64,000 nt of DNA from an uncultured virus (IMG/VR IMGVR_UViG_3300042514_001512) (taxonomy: Duplodnaviria > Heunggongvirae > Uroviricota > Caudoviricetes), in IMG/VR virus record IMGVR_UViG_3300042514_001512; one strand, 5' to 3'. A program made the position numbers and the translations under genes. Positions 50,862 through 61,100 of this stretch are shown here, piece by piece. The stretch's first letter is position 1; each line of letters opens with the position of its first letter. The notes under the pieces are model-generated. The model ran no database searches, was not told the origin of the DNA, and was given only the letters and a program-made list of their open reading frames with translations.

Positions 50862-50890
50862 TATTTATCAAATACAACAATGAAAAAACT

Positions 50891-52273
50891 ATGGCGTCAA
50901 ACAAAAATTTCGAATATCTAGGTAGCAGTTTTCAGCTACAATTATTAAACCAAATTATTATCGATAAAGACTTTGCGAGGTCTATTCTTGATGTGATTGA
51001 AACAAATTACTTTGAAAACAAATACTTCAAAATAATTATTCAGATGGTTAAAGAATATTACACAAAGTATGAACATGCACCAGCATTTGACACTTTAGAA
51101 CAAATCACCAAATCTGAATTACAACAGGAATTAGCGTCAAAAATTGTTATTGATACTATTAATAAAATCAAAGAAGCTCCACTTGAGGGTGGGGAATTTG
51201 TTCAGGAAAAAGCTATGAAATTCTGTAAACAACAAGAATTACAGAAAGTAATGAACAAAGCTCAAAAAATCATCGATGGAGGTGAATTTGAAAACTATGA
51301 TAAAGTAGAACAATTAGTGAGGAACGCTTTACAAGTTGGGGAAAGAGAAGATGGACAATCTGATGTATTTTTCAATTTAAGTGAGGTTTTAAATGAGGAT
51401 TATCGTCATCCAATACCAATGGGTATCCCAGGTATTGATAGACTCTTAAAAGGAGGTTTGGCTAAAGGAGAAATCGGTGTAGTGTTAGCTCCTACTGGGG
51501 TTGGTAAATCAACACTACTAACAAAAGTTGCAAATCACGCTTTTAATTTAGGGTATAACGTATTACAAATCTTCTTTGAAGATAACCCAAAGATTATTCA
51601 AAGAAAACATATTACTTTATGGACAAAGGTTCATCCTGATGAATTGTCCTTAAAGAAAGAGGAAGTTATGATTAAAGTACAAGAGGTAAAAGATACAATG
51701 ACCAATAAATTAATCTTAAAAAAACTTCCATCTGATACCGTAACTATGTTACAAATTAAAAATCAAATTAGAAAAATGATTGCCGATGGAGTAAGAGTTG
51801 ATATGGTATTATTAGATTATATTGACTGTGTTGTTCCTGATAGGAATTTAAGTGATGAATGGAAATCTGAAGGTTCGGTTATGAGAGCATTTGAATCAAT
51901 GTGTCACGAGTTGGATTTAGTTGGATGGACCGCAACTCAAGGTAACAGAAGTTCAATTTCGTCTGATGTAGTAACTACCGACCAAATGGGTGGTTCTATT
52001 AAAAAAGCACAAGTTGGACACGTAATCATTACCGTGGCAAAATCCCTACAACAAAAAGAAATGAAACTAGCAACAATAGCAATTACTAAATCTCGTATTG
52101 GTGATGATGGGGTTGTGTTTGAAAATTGTAAATTTGATAATGGAATGTTAGAGATTGATACCGAAAGTTCGGTTACATTCTTAGGACTAGAGGGACAACA
52201 AGAAGAGAGAAACCGTCAACGAGTTAAAGACTTGTTAGACAAAAGAAAAGAAAAACAACAAACACAAAACTAA
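50891..52273 (+). CDS. Replicative DnaB-like helicase (gp41-like)
   Basis: [27 protein letters not shown]. Confidence 0.9.
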   Translation: MASNKNFEYLGSSFQLQLLNQIIIDKDFARSILDVIETNYFENKYFKIIIQMVKEYYTKYEHAPAFDTLEQITKSELQQELASKIVIDTINKIKEAPLEGGEFVQEKAMKFCKQQELQKVMNKAQKIIDGGEFENYDKVEQLVRNALQVGEREDGQSDVFFNLSEVLNEDYRHPIPMGIPGIDRLLKGGLAKGEIGVVLAPTGVGKSTLLTKVANHAFNLGYNVLQIFFEDNPKIIQRKHITLWTKVHPDELSLKKEEVMIKVQEVKDTMTNKLILKKLPSDTVTMLQIKNQIRKMIADGVRVDMVLLDYIDCVVPDRNLSDEWKSEGSVMRAFESMCHELDLVGWTATQGNRSSISSDVVTTDQMGGSIKKAQVGHVIITVAKSLQQKEMKLATIAITKSRIGDDGVVFENCKFDNGMLEIDTESSVTFLGLEGQQEERNRQRVKDLLDKRKEKQQTQN

Positions 52274-52281
52274 AAAAAAAC

Positions 52282-53229
52282 ATGGAAAAAATTTTAATAG
52301 AGAATCCAAATAGATTCGTTATTTTCCCAATCGAGCACAATGATATTTGGGAATATTACAAACAACATCAAGCGGCTTTCTGGACTGCGGAAGAGGTTGA
52401 TTTATCAAATGATATTAGAGATTGGGAAAACTTATCAGATAATGAGAGATTTTTCGTAAAAAACGTCTTATCATTCTTTGCGGCATCCGATGGTATTGTT
52501 AATGAAAATTTGGCAGAAAACTTCTTAAAAGAAGTCCAATACCCTGAAGCAAAATTCTTTTACGGATTTCAGTTAATGGCAGAAAATATTCACTCTTTAA
52601 TGTATTCATTACTTATTGATACCTATGTGTCAAACCCACAAGAAAAAGATGAATGCTTTCACGCTATTGATAGATTACCTGCGGTACAAAAAAAGGCAAA
52701 ATGGGCTTTAAATTGGATAGAGAACTCAACATTTGAAGAAAGATTAATTGCTTTTGCGGCGGTTGAAGGTATCTTTTTTTCAGGTTCGTTCTGTGCTATT
52801 TTTTGGTTAAAGTCTCGAGGTATTTTACAAGGACTATGTAATGCAAACACTTTGATTTTCAAAGATGAGAACTTACACTGTGACTTTGCAATTCATTTAT
52901 TAAATAATCACATTGAAAACAAACCAAGTGAGAAAAGAATTAGAGAAATTTTATTATCCGCATTAGAGATTGAAAAAGAATTCATTATTGAGTCATTACC
53001 AATATCTTTAATTGGGATGAATTCAAATTTAATGAAACAATATCTTGAATTTGTTACTGATGGTTTATTACTTAAACTTGGATGTAAAAAAGAATTTAAT
53101 GTGGACCAACCATTTAAATTTATGGAACAAATTGCGGTAGAAACAAAAGGTAATTTTTTTGAATCAAGGACTATGGAATACCAAAAAGCTAAATTGAACG
53201 AAACATTGTCATTTACGGATGATTTTTAA
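52282..53229 (+). CDS. nrdB: Ribonucleotide reductase class Ia beta subunit
   Basis: [44 protein letters not shown]. Confidence 0.95.
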   Translation: MEKILIENPNRFVIFPIEHNDIWEYYKQHQAAFWTAEEVDLSNDIRDWENLSDNERFFVKNVLSFFAASDGIVNENLAENFLKEVQYPEAKFFYGFQLMAENIHSLMYSLLIDTYVSNPQEKDECFHAIDRLPAVQKKAKWALNWIENSTFEERLIAFAAVEGIFFSGSFCAIFWLKSRGILQGLCNANTLIFKDENLHCDFAIHLLNNHIENKPSEKRIREILLSALEIEKEFIIESLPISLIGMNSNLMKQYLEFVTDGLLLKLGCKKEFNVDQPFKFMEQIAVETKGNFFESRTMEYQKAKLNETLSFTDDF

Positions 53230-53239
53230 ATAAAAATAT

Positions 53240-55672
53240 ATGATGTCATTAAAAATTAAAAAAAGAGGGGGCGATGAGGTGTCCTTTAATCCTCAGAAAA
53301 TTTATCAGAGAGTTAAGAAAGCCGCTAAAGGGTTAAATGTTAATTCTGATGAAATTTTTATTAAAGTTATTACTTCGGTACCTACCGAGGGTAGTATAAC
53401 AACAAAAGAGTTAGATAAGTTAGTGTACGAAATTGCGGCGGCATATACTGGTAGTCATCACGATTATTCAAGATTAGCTTCATCAGTTGCAATATCTTCA
53501 TATCACAAAGAAACTAATCATAGTTTTAGTGAAACAATGACAGAATTGTACAATAATGGTATTGTTAATGAGATATTAATGAAAACTATTGAAAAATATG
53601 GTTCAGAAAATATTGATAAAATAATTAATCATGAGAATGATTATAATTTTGATTATTTTGCTTGGCGCTCATTACAAGAAATGTATTTGTTAAAGTTATC
53701 TAGTGGTAAGGTTATTGAAAGACCACAACACATGTATATGAGAGTTGCCTTATGGGTGACTAAAACATTTGAAGAGGCAGTTGAATATTACAATTCATTA
53801 TCAAATCAATTGATTTCACCAGCAACACCTATCATGATTAATGCGGGGACAAAGACACCTCAGTTAGCGTCATGTGTATTACATTACAATAATTCCGATT
53901 CCCGCAAAGGTTTATTAGGGACATTGAGTGACATTTCAACGTACTCCTCTGACGCGGCAGGTATCGGACTTTCAATGTCAAATATTAGAAGTAAAGAAAG
54001 TAGAATTTCAAGTTCAGGAGGATTTGCGGGTGGACTTTTAAAATATTTAAAAATAGTTAATGAGTCACTTAGATTCTTTAACCAACAAGGTCGTAGACCA
54101 GGTAGTGCTGCTATCTATATTGAACCTTGGCATAAAGATATTATTGATTTATTAGAGATTAAGAAAAATACAGGTTCGGAAGAAATGAGAGCTCGTGATT
54201 TATTTACCGCACTTTGGATTCCTGATAATTTCATGCGAGCGGTTGAAAATAATGATGATTGGTATTTATTCTGCCCTAACGACATTATCTCAAATAATAT
54301 TAAACCATTACAAGAGTGTTATGGAAATGAGTACGAAGAAAATTATAAATTAGCTGTCAGCAAAGGTCTTGGTAAAAAAGTTAAGGCTCAAGATATTTGG
54401 AATAAAATTATTGAATCTCAGATTGAAACTGGAGTCCCTTATTTATGTTCTAAAGATAATGCGAATAAGAAAACAAATCACCAAAATATTGGTGTAATTA
54501 AACAATCTAATTTGTGTAACGAGATTTATCAATTTACTGATGAGAATACTACCGCAATTTGTACCTTGTCTTCTATGGTTTTAAAGAACTTCATTATTGA
54601 CGGTAAATTTGACTTTAGATTATTATACAGTGAGGTTAGAAAAGTTGTTAGAGCTTTAAATAAAGTTGTTGATATTAATAGCTACTCCACTGAAAAAGGA
54701 CGTAAAGGTGGTCTTGAACAAAGAGCAATTGCGATTGGAACTCAAGGTCTTGCGGATGTCTTTTATCTAATGGATTATATTTTTACTTCTGAAGAAGCAA
54801 AGTCATTGAATAAAGATATTTTTGAAACTATCTATTATGCGGCTATCAGCGAAAGTAATGAATTATGTAGAACTGAAGAATACCAACCATACAAATTCTT
54901 TGAGGGGTCACCAATGTCTAAAGGAGAATTCCAATTTGATATGTGGGGATTAAAAAAAGAAGGTTTATCGGGTTATTGGGATTGGGACACGTTAAAAGAA
55001 GACGTTAAAAAATATGGGGTATGTAACTCTTTATTTACGGCACAAATGCCTGTTGCGTCTTCAGCTAAAATCACTGGGTCTTTTGAAATGACAGAACCGG
55101 CTCACTCAGCTTTGTTTAATAGACGTGTTGTTGGTGGAGAAATTTTGATTGTAAATAAATATTTAATCAATGATTTTGAAAAAATTGGTATTTGGTCTGA
55201 GGATTTAAAAAATGAAATAATTATGAATGAAGGTTCAGTTCAAGGGATTAACTTTAACCATTATTTAGACCCTGAAGACAAAAATTACAATAAAAAAGTT
55301 AAACGTATTGAACATCTACTTCCTAAGTACAAAACTATATGGGAAATTTCCCAAAGAGATTTGATTGATATGGCTGCGGATAGAGGTCCTTTTATTGACC
55401 AATCACAATCAATGAATATCTACATGTCAGCACCAACATTACCTAAAATTTCTTCGGCACATTTTCATGGATGGAGACAAGGATTAAAAACTCTTTGTTA
55501 TTATGTTAGAACTAAGGCGATTTCTACAGGAGCAAAACATTTAGCTATGGACATCTCTAAAGTTGAAAAACCAAAGATTGAAAAACAAATACCAAAATTG
55601 GATGTTATACCTTTTGACCCAACAATTAAACCAAAGGATTCAGAATTTGAATGTTTTGGATGTGGGTCTTAA
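53240..55672 (+). CDS. nrdA: Ribonucleotide reductase class Ia alpha subunit with ATP cone
   Basis: ERPQHMYMR, PATP, SNLCNEI, MPVASS, CYYVRT, C-terminal CFGCGS. Confidence 0.96.
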   Translation: MMSLKIKKRGGDEVSFNPQKIYQRVKKAAKGLNVNSDEIFIKVITSVPTEGSITTKELDKLVYEIAAAYTGSHHDYSRLASSVAISSYHKETNHSFSETMTELYNNGIVNEILMKTIEKYGSENIDKIINHENDYNFDYFAWRSLQEMYLLKLSSGKVIERPQHMYMRVALWVTKTFEEAVEYYNSLSNQLISPATPIMINAGTKTPQLASCVLHYNNSDSRKGLLGTLSDISTYSSDAAGIGLSMSNIRSKESRISSSGGFAGGLLKYLKIVNESLRFFNQQGRRPGSAAIYIEPWHKDIIDLLEIKKNTGSEEMRARDLFTALWIPDNFMRAVENNDDWYLFCPNDIISNNIKPLQECYGNEYEENYKLAVSKGLGKKVKAQDIWNKIIESQIETGVPYLCSKDNANKKTNHQNIGVIKQSNLCNEIYQFTDENTTAICTLSSMVLKNFIIDGKFDFRLLYSEVRKVVRALNKVVDINSYSTEKGRKGGLEQRAIAIGTQGLADVFYLMDYIFTSEEAKSLNKDIFETIYYAAISESNELCRTEEYQPYKFFEGSPMSKGEFQFDMWGLKKEGLSGYWDWDTLKEDVKKYGVCNSLFTAQMPVASSAKITGSFEMTEPAHSALFNRRVVGGEILIVNKYLINDFEKIGIWSEDLKNEIIMNEGSVQGINFNHYLDPEDKNYNKKVKRIEHLLPKYKTIWEISQRDLIDMAADRGPFIDQSQSMNIYMSAPTLPKISSAHFHGWRQGLKTLCYYVRTKAISTGAKHLAMDISKVEKPKIEKQIPKLDVIPFDPTIKPKDSEFECFGCGS

Positions 55673-55696
55673 TATAAAATAGAAAATTACAACATT

Positions 55697-55723
55697 AATC
55701 ACGGCAAACTGTCGTGATTTTTT
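55697..55723 (+). terminator. Rho-independent terminator after nrdA
   Basis: AATCACGGCA-AAC-TGTCGTGATT followed by a T run. Confidence 0.65.
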
Positions 55724-55770
55724 ATTTTACTCTATTTATAAGAAATAATCACGACACTATATTTATTGAT

Positions 55771-56229
55771 ATGGCAAATGGAACTACATATGGGATTAAT
55801 TTTCCTTTTAGAGATTCTTATGATGGTAAGTATTTAGACCTTTCTGAGGTAAATGATGAAGAAATCAGAACTGATTTAATTCATCTTTTATTGACTAGAA
55901 AAGGTACTCGATATTATTTACCTGATTTTGGTACAAGACTATATGAGTTTATATTTGAACCTTTAGATGGACCTACGTTTTCAGAAATTGAAGCGGAGAT
56001 TAGAGCCTCTGTTGAAGAGTATATTCCAGGAATAACAATTACTAAGATTGACATAAGTGCGGCTTCCGAAGGGGAGGAAAATAAAGGTACTTATATAAAC
56101 GACAACGACGAAAGAGTTTACCGAGTTTCTGATATTGGAACTTTAGAACATACTGCAAGAGTTAAAATTGATTACATCATTACTAATGATGCTTTTAACA
56201 ATTCAGATTTTGTAATTATAAATATTTAA
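55771..56229 (+). CDS. Baseplate wedge protein gp25/GPW family
   Basis: GINFPF, LLLTRKGTRYYLPDFGTRLYEFIFEP; ATG at 55771 preferred to GTG at 55714. Confidence 0.9.
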   Translation: MANGTTYGINFPFRDSYDGKYLDLSEVNDEEIRTDLIHLLLTRKGTRYYLPDFGTRLYEFIFEPLDGPTFSEIEAEIRASVEEYIPGITITKIDISAASEGEENKGTYINDNDERVYRVSDIGTLEHTARVKIDYIITNDAFNNSDFVIINI

Positions 56230-56235
56230 TGATAT

Positions 56236-58074
56236 ATGGCTAACAAGAAAATATCATACACAACTAGAGACTTCCAATCAATTAGAACTGAGTTAATAAA
56301 TTTTACAAGAACTTATTATCCTGACACTATTGATAACTTTAACGACGCCTCAGTTTTTTCAGTATTGTTGGACTTAAACGCAGCTGTAACTGACAACTTA
56401 CAATTTAACATTGATAGAAGTGTTCAGGAAACTGTATTACAATATGCACAACAAAGGTCATCAATTTTTAATATTGCAAGAACTTACGGATTAAAAGTTC
56501 CTGGGCTTAGACCGTCAGTCTCATTAGTTGACTTTTCAATTACGGTACCCGCATTTGGGGATAAGGAAGATTTAAGATACTGTGGTATCTTAAGAAGAGG
56601 TTCCCAAGCTAATGGTGCTGGTCAAGTTTTTGAAACAATTTACGATATTGACTTTACATCAGCAATAAACGCCGAAGGTTATCCTAATAGATTAAAAATA
56701 CCTAATTTTGATTCTAATAATAAATTAATTAATTATACCATTGTTAAAAGAGAAACTGTTGTTAATGGTATTACAAAAGTTTTTAAAAGAGTTATAACAT
56801 CGTCTGATGTTAAACCATTTTTAGAAATATTTTTACCTGAAAAAAATGTATTAGGGGTTACAAGTGTTTTATTAAAAGATGGCACGCAATACGCTAATAT
56901 TCCTACTACCCAAGAATTTTTAGGTTCCAACAATAGATGGTATGAAGTTAAAGCGTTAGTTGAAGATAGAGTATTTATTGAAGACCCAACAAAAGTTTCT
57001 GATAATCCGGGAATTAAAGTGGGTAAGTACGTCCAAACAAATGATAAATTTATTACTGAGTACACACCTGAAGGATTTTTTAAAATGACATATGGTGGTG
57101 GTAGTCAATCTGCGGATGAACAATTAAGGGAGTTTGCAAAAAATGGGTTCACATTAGATTTAAATAAATATTCAAATAACTTTGCTTTAGGTAGTGTTCT
57201 TAAAGCTAATAGCACCTTATTTGTACAATACCGAGTTGGTGGTGGAACAGGAACTAATTTAGGTGTTAATATTATTAATCAAATAGGTACAGTTTCATTC
57301 TTTGTTAATGGTCCGTCAGAATCAGTTAATACAAGTGTTGTTAATTCATTACGTTGTACTAACGTTGTTGCGGCAATTGGTGGGGCAAATTACCCAACAA
57401 CAGAAGAAGTTAGAAACTTAGTGGCATTTAACTTTGCCGCTCAAAATAGAGCCGTAACGGTTAATGACTACGATTCTATAATTAGAACAATGCCGTCACA
57501 ATTTGGGGCACCTGCTAAAGTTGCGATTACCGAAGAAAATAATAAAATTAAAATTCAGATGTTATCTTATGACGAATCTGGTAATTTAACTGAAATTGTG
57601 TCAAACACATTAAAAAATAACGTTGCTAACTACCTATCAAACTATAGAATGATTAATGATTACATTTCTATTCAAAGTGCTAATGTTGTTGATTTAGGTG
57701 TTACTATTGATGTGGTATTAGATAATAGTCAAAACCAAGGAGCGGTTATTTCTCAAATAATTACTATTGTATCTGAGTTCTTTAGTCCTGGTAACAGACA
57801 GATGGGGGAAAATGTGTATGTTTCCGACCTTAGAAGATTAGTCCAAAGTGAAAACGGGGTTATTGCGGTTTCAGATATGTTATTCTTTAACAAGGTTGGT
57901 GGTCAATATTCTTCATCACAAACATCACAATCTTATATAGACACTAATACGAAACAGATTGGTTTAGTTGATGACACTATTTTTGCCGAACCAAGTCAGA
58001 CCTATCAAATCCGATATCCCAACAAAGATATCAACATCAGAGTCAAAAATCTAAAAACGGTTAATTTTTCTTGA
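56236..58074 (+). CDS. Baseplate wedge protein (gp6 / baseplate J-like)
   Basis: RDFQSIRTELI, YRVGGG, AQNRAVTVNDY. Confidence 0.85.
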   Translation: MANKKISYTTRDFQSIRTELINFTRTYYPDTIDNFNDASVFSVLLDLNAAVTDNLQFNIDRSVQETVLQYAQQRSSIFNIARTYGLKVPGLRPSVSLVDFSITVPAFGDKEDLRYCGILRRGSQANGAGQVFETIYDIDFTSAINAEGYPNRLKIPNFDSNNKLINYTIVKRETVVNGITKVFKRVITSSDVKPFLEIFLPEKNVLGVTSVLLKDGTQYANIPTTQEFLGSNNRWYEVKALVEDRVFIEDPTKVSDNPGIKVGKYVQTNDKFITEYTPEGFFKMTYGGGSQSADEQLREFAKNGFTLDLNKYSNNFALGSVLKANSTLFVQYRVGGGTGTNLGVNIINQIGTVSFFVNGPSESVNTSVVNSLRCTNVVAAIGGANYPTTEEVRNLVAFNFAAQNRAVTVNDYDSIIRTMPSQFGAPAKVAITEENNKIKIQMLSYDESGNLTEIVSNTLKNNVANYLSNYRMINDYISIQSANVVDLGVTIDVVLDNSQNQGAVISQIITIVSEFFSPGNRQMGENVYVSDLRRLVQSENGVIAVSDMLFFNKVGGQYSSSQTSQSYIDTNTKQIGLVDDTIFAEPSQTYQIRYPNKDINIRVKNLKTVNFS

Positions 58075-58146
58075 TAATTTATTTTCAAAATAAATGAATT
58101 ATCATTTGAAAATAGTATATAAACTATTTATCAAAAAAAGACCAAT

Positions 58147-61100
58147 ATGTCCAACTCGTATAGAATAAGAACCAAACCTGGTGTTGATAGTTCAATTAAG
58201 ATTTTAATTGACCAAGAGTTTGAATATTTAGAGATTCTTTCTCTAAAAATATTACAAAGCCAAATTTACACAAGACAGTGTTCCGACTATGGAGTTATTG
58301 TTGGTAGAGTTAGTATTAATAATGGTTTTGGTATTCCTAACGCAAAAGTATCTGTTTTCATACCTTTGGACAGTATGGACGAAAACGACCCTGTTATTTC
58401 TGAGTTATATCCTTACAAAACTTTATCAGATTTAAATGAAGATGGGTATAGATATAATCTATTACCTTATAAACAACAACATCCAGGTCATAATCCTACG
58501 GGGACCTTCTTTACAAGAGAAGATGTGTTAATCAACCCAACTCTTATTGAAGTTTACGACAAGTACTATAAGTATAATGCGATAACTAATGACAGTGGGG
58601 ATTATATGATATTTGGGGTGCCTGTAGGGGCTCAAACGGTTGTTGTTGACCTTGACCTTTCAGATATTGGTGAGTTCTCTTTAGCACCACAAGATTTAAT
58701 TAGAATGGGGATTACTACAGAATCACAAGTTTCTGGAACAAACTTTAAATCATCTACAAATTTACGAGAATTACCTCAAATCATTACTTTCGTTAGAAAC
58801 CTTGAAGTTGAACCATTATGGGGTCAACCTGAAATTTGTAATTTAGGTATTACAAGAACTGATTTTGATTTATCCGCAGAATTTAATATTAACATTACAC
58901 CTACCGCGATTTTTATGGGTTCTTTAGTATCATCTATAGAAGAACAGTATGTTAAGAAGAGTTGTAAACCAACCTTAACCTCAGGGGCACTTTGTTCTTT
59001 AGTTGCGGGGCCTGGTGAGATATTAGCAATTAGACACACAATTGCTCAAGATTCTAACGGACGACCTATATTAGAAACAATTGATTTGGAATCAGGGGGA
59101 CAAGTTATTGATGAAAATGGTACTTGGCTTGTGGATTTGCCGATGAACTTGGATTATGTTATCACTAATGAGTTTGGTGAACAAGTTATTTCAGACGACC
59201 CAAAAAATGGTATCCCAACAAAAGGTAGGTATCGATTTAAAGTTAAATGGAACCAATCACCATCAGTTTCTGCTGACCCTATTAAAAGGGGGTATTTTTT
59301 AGTTCCAAATATTAAAGAGTACGGGTGGAGAAAAACTGGAAATATTAACGTAGACCCACTTACTAATAATACCGCAACTATCTTAAATCGAGACGCCGCG
59401 CAAAGGTCATACGCATTCAGTTTAGATTGGGCGGATTATGGATTAACGGGGACATCCATGGGTAATCAAATGATTGATGAGGCGATTAGGTGTGAAGATA
59501 AATTTTACGAGTTTCAATACAATAAGGTTTATACTGTGTCACAATTAATTACTCAATATAGAAATGGGTATGGTAATTGGAGAATTATTGCGATAAAAGA
59601 TATTTTAGATAGCGATGTTAACTGTTCTAGCGACAATAATAAGTTTCCAACAAATGATGCGGTTTATAGATTTGATTTACTTTATCTCTTATTCACAATA
59701 ATGATGTTTGTGTTTAGACCGATATTATATGTGTTATTACTAGTAGTACACATTTTAGCTTTTTTTTTAATGATTGTTGGCCCTATATTAGCAATCATCG
59801 CGGTAATCGTTATTCTTATTGTTATTACTGTCTGTACACTTATTAATGGGATTATATGGATTATTAACATCTTAGGTAGTTTAGATTATTTGGATTGTCC
59901 TGATGGTGGTGATATTGAGAGAGCGGTTGACCTCCTGTTAAATTTATATAAAAAATTTACTAATTTAAGACTCCCTAATTTATCATATCCCGACTGTGAA
60001 TTCTGTCAATGTACTGATGGAGACGCAATCACAATTGACGTTTCACAGTATCCATCTGCGGTGGCTAGTACTCAACAAACCGCTCAAGAAGCCGGAATTA
60101 ACGCAGTTTTAACCCCCTTTGAACTTTCAACAAGCTATAACGCGACCTCACCATTTAATACGGATAACCTTGTTTATGAAAGTTTATTTGCGGGCACACC
60201 ATTAGGTAACGCTAACCAAGCAAATAATCCATTAAAAGCTCAAACACGTACACCGCAAATTAAAAAAGTGACGGGTGGTGGGGGTAATCAAGGTAATGAT
60301 TATGAGTTTACAACAAGTTTAACTCAAGCGGAAAGATTAAATTTATTTAATACTAAAGCAAAGTTTTTCAGAAACGACATTAATAATAATCCTGGTGGCG
60401 GTGTTAATATAATTAACGTTTCATTTAATCCTAACGATATTGGTGTTACTCACCAAGATAATGTTATTGTACTTATGGTAGAACCTGGCTCGGCGGACAC
60501 TTTTCTACCGGGTAATTTAATAACTTTTCAAGACCCTACAAACTCTACTGACCCTAATATAACAGGGTTTACGTCTATTAATGATTATGGTACTACAAGT
60601 AGTACAGGTACTACGGTTAATAATAAACCAGGTAGTACTTCAAATGTTGGTAATATTACAGTCCAATATGCCGATTATGCCAATGCTAATGGCCCTGCAT
60701 TGACTAAAACATATACTAGTCAACAAGCTGAGGATGATGTGCAGTACGCAAAATTCCCAATGGATGTTGAGTATTTCCAAGTAATTACCGCACAGACTTA
60801 TTCCGACTATTTGACAATATGTAACCAACCAGGAAGTTTTGGTACTTATCATGGTTTAAACAATAGATTTATTGATAACCATATGAAGTTCAATAGAATT
60901 TATGGTAAACCTTTTAGTTTAGGATTTTGGATAAATGAGTTAAATATTAATTATCCCACTGGATTTCCACTATTAAAACCTAGTACTTATTTCCCTGAAT
61001 TTAATGAACAAATTGTTGTTTTTTTAGTTAGAGGGGTTGACCCGTATTCTACAAGAAGTAATTGTGAATACGACCTCAGTGTTTTGTATGGTGATGTTGT

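Noticed and set aside
16109..55672. Inteins or introns in PolB, the helicases or nrdA
   Set aside because: Motifs are contiguous, lengths are ordinary, and no intein splice-junction pattern was seen.
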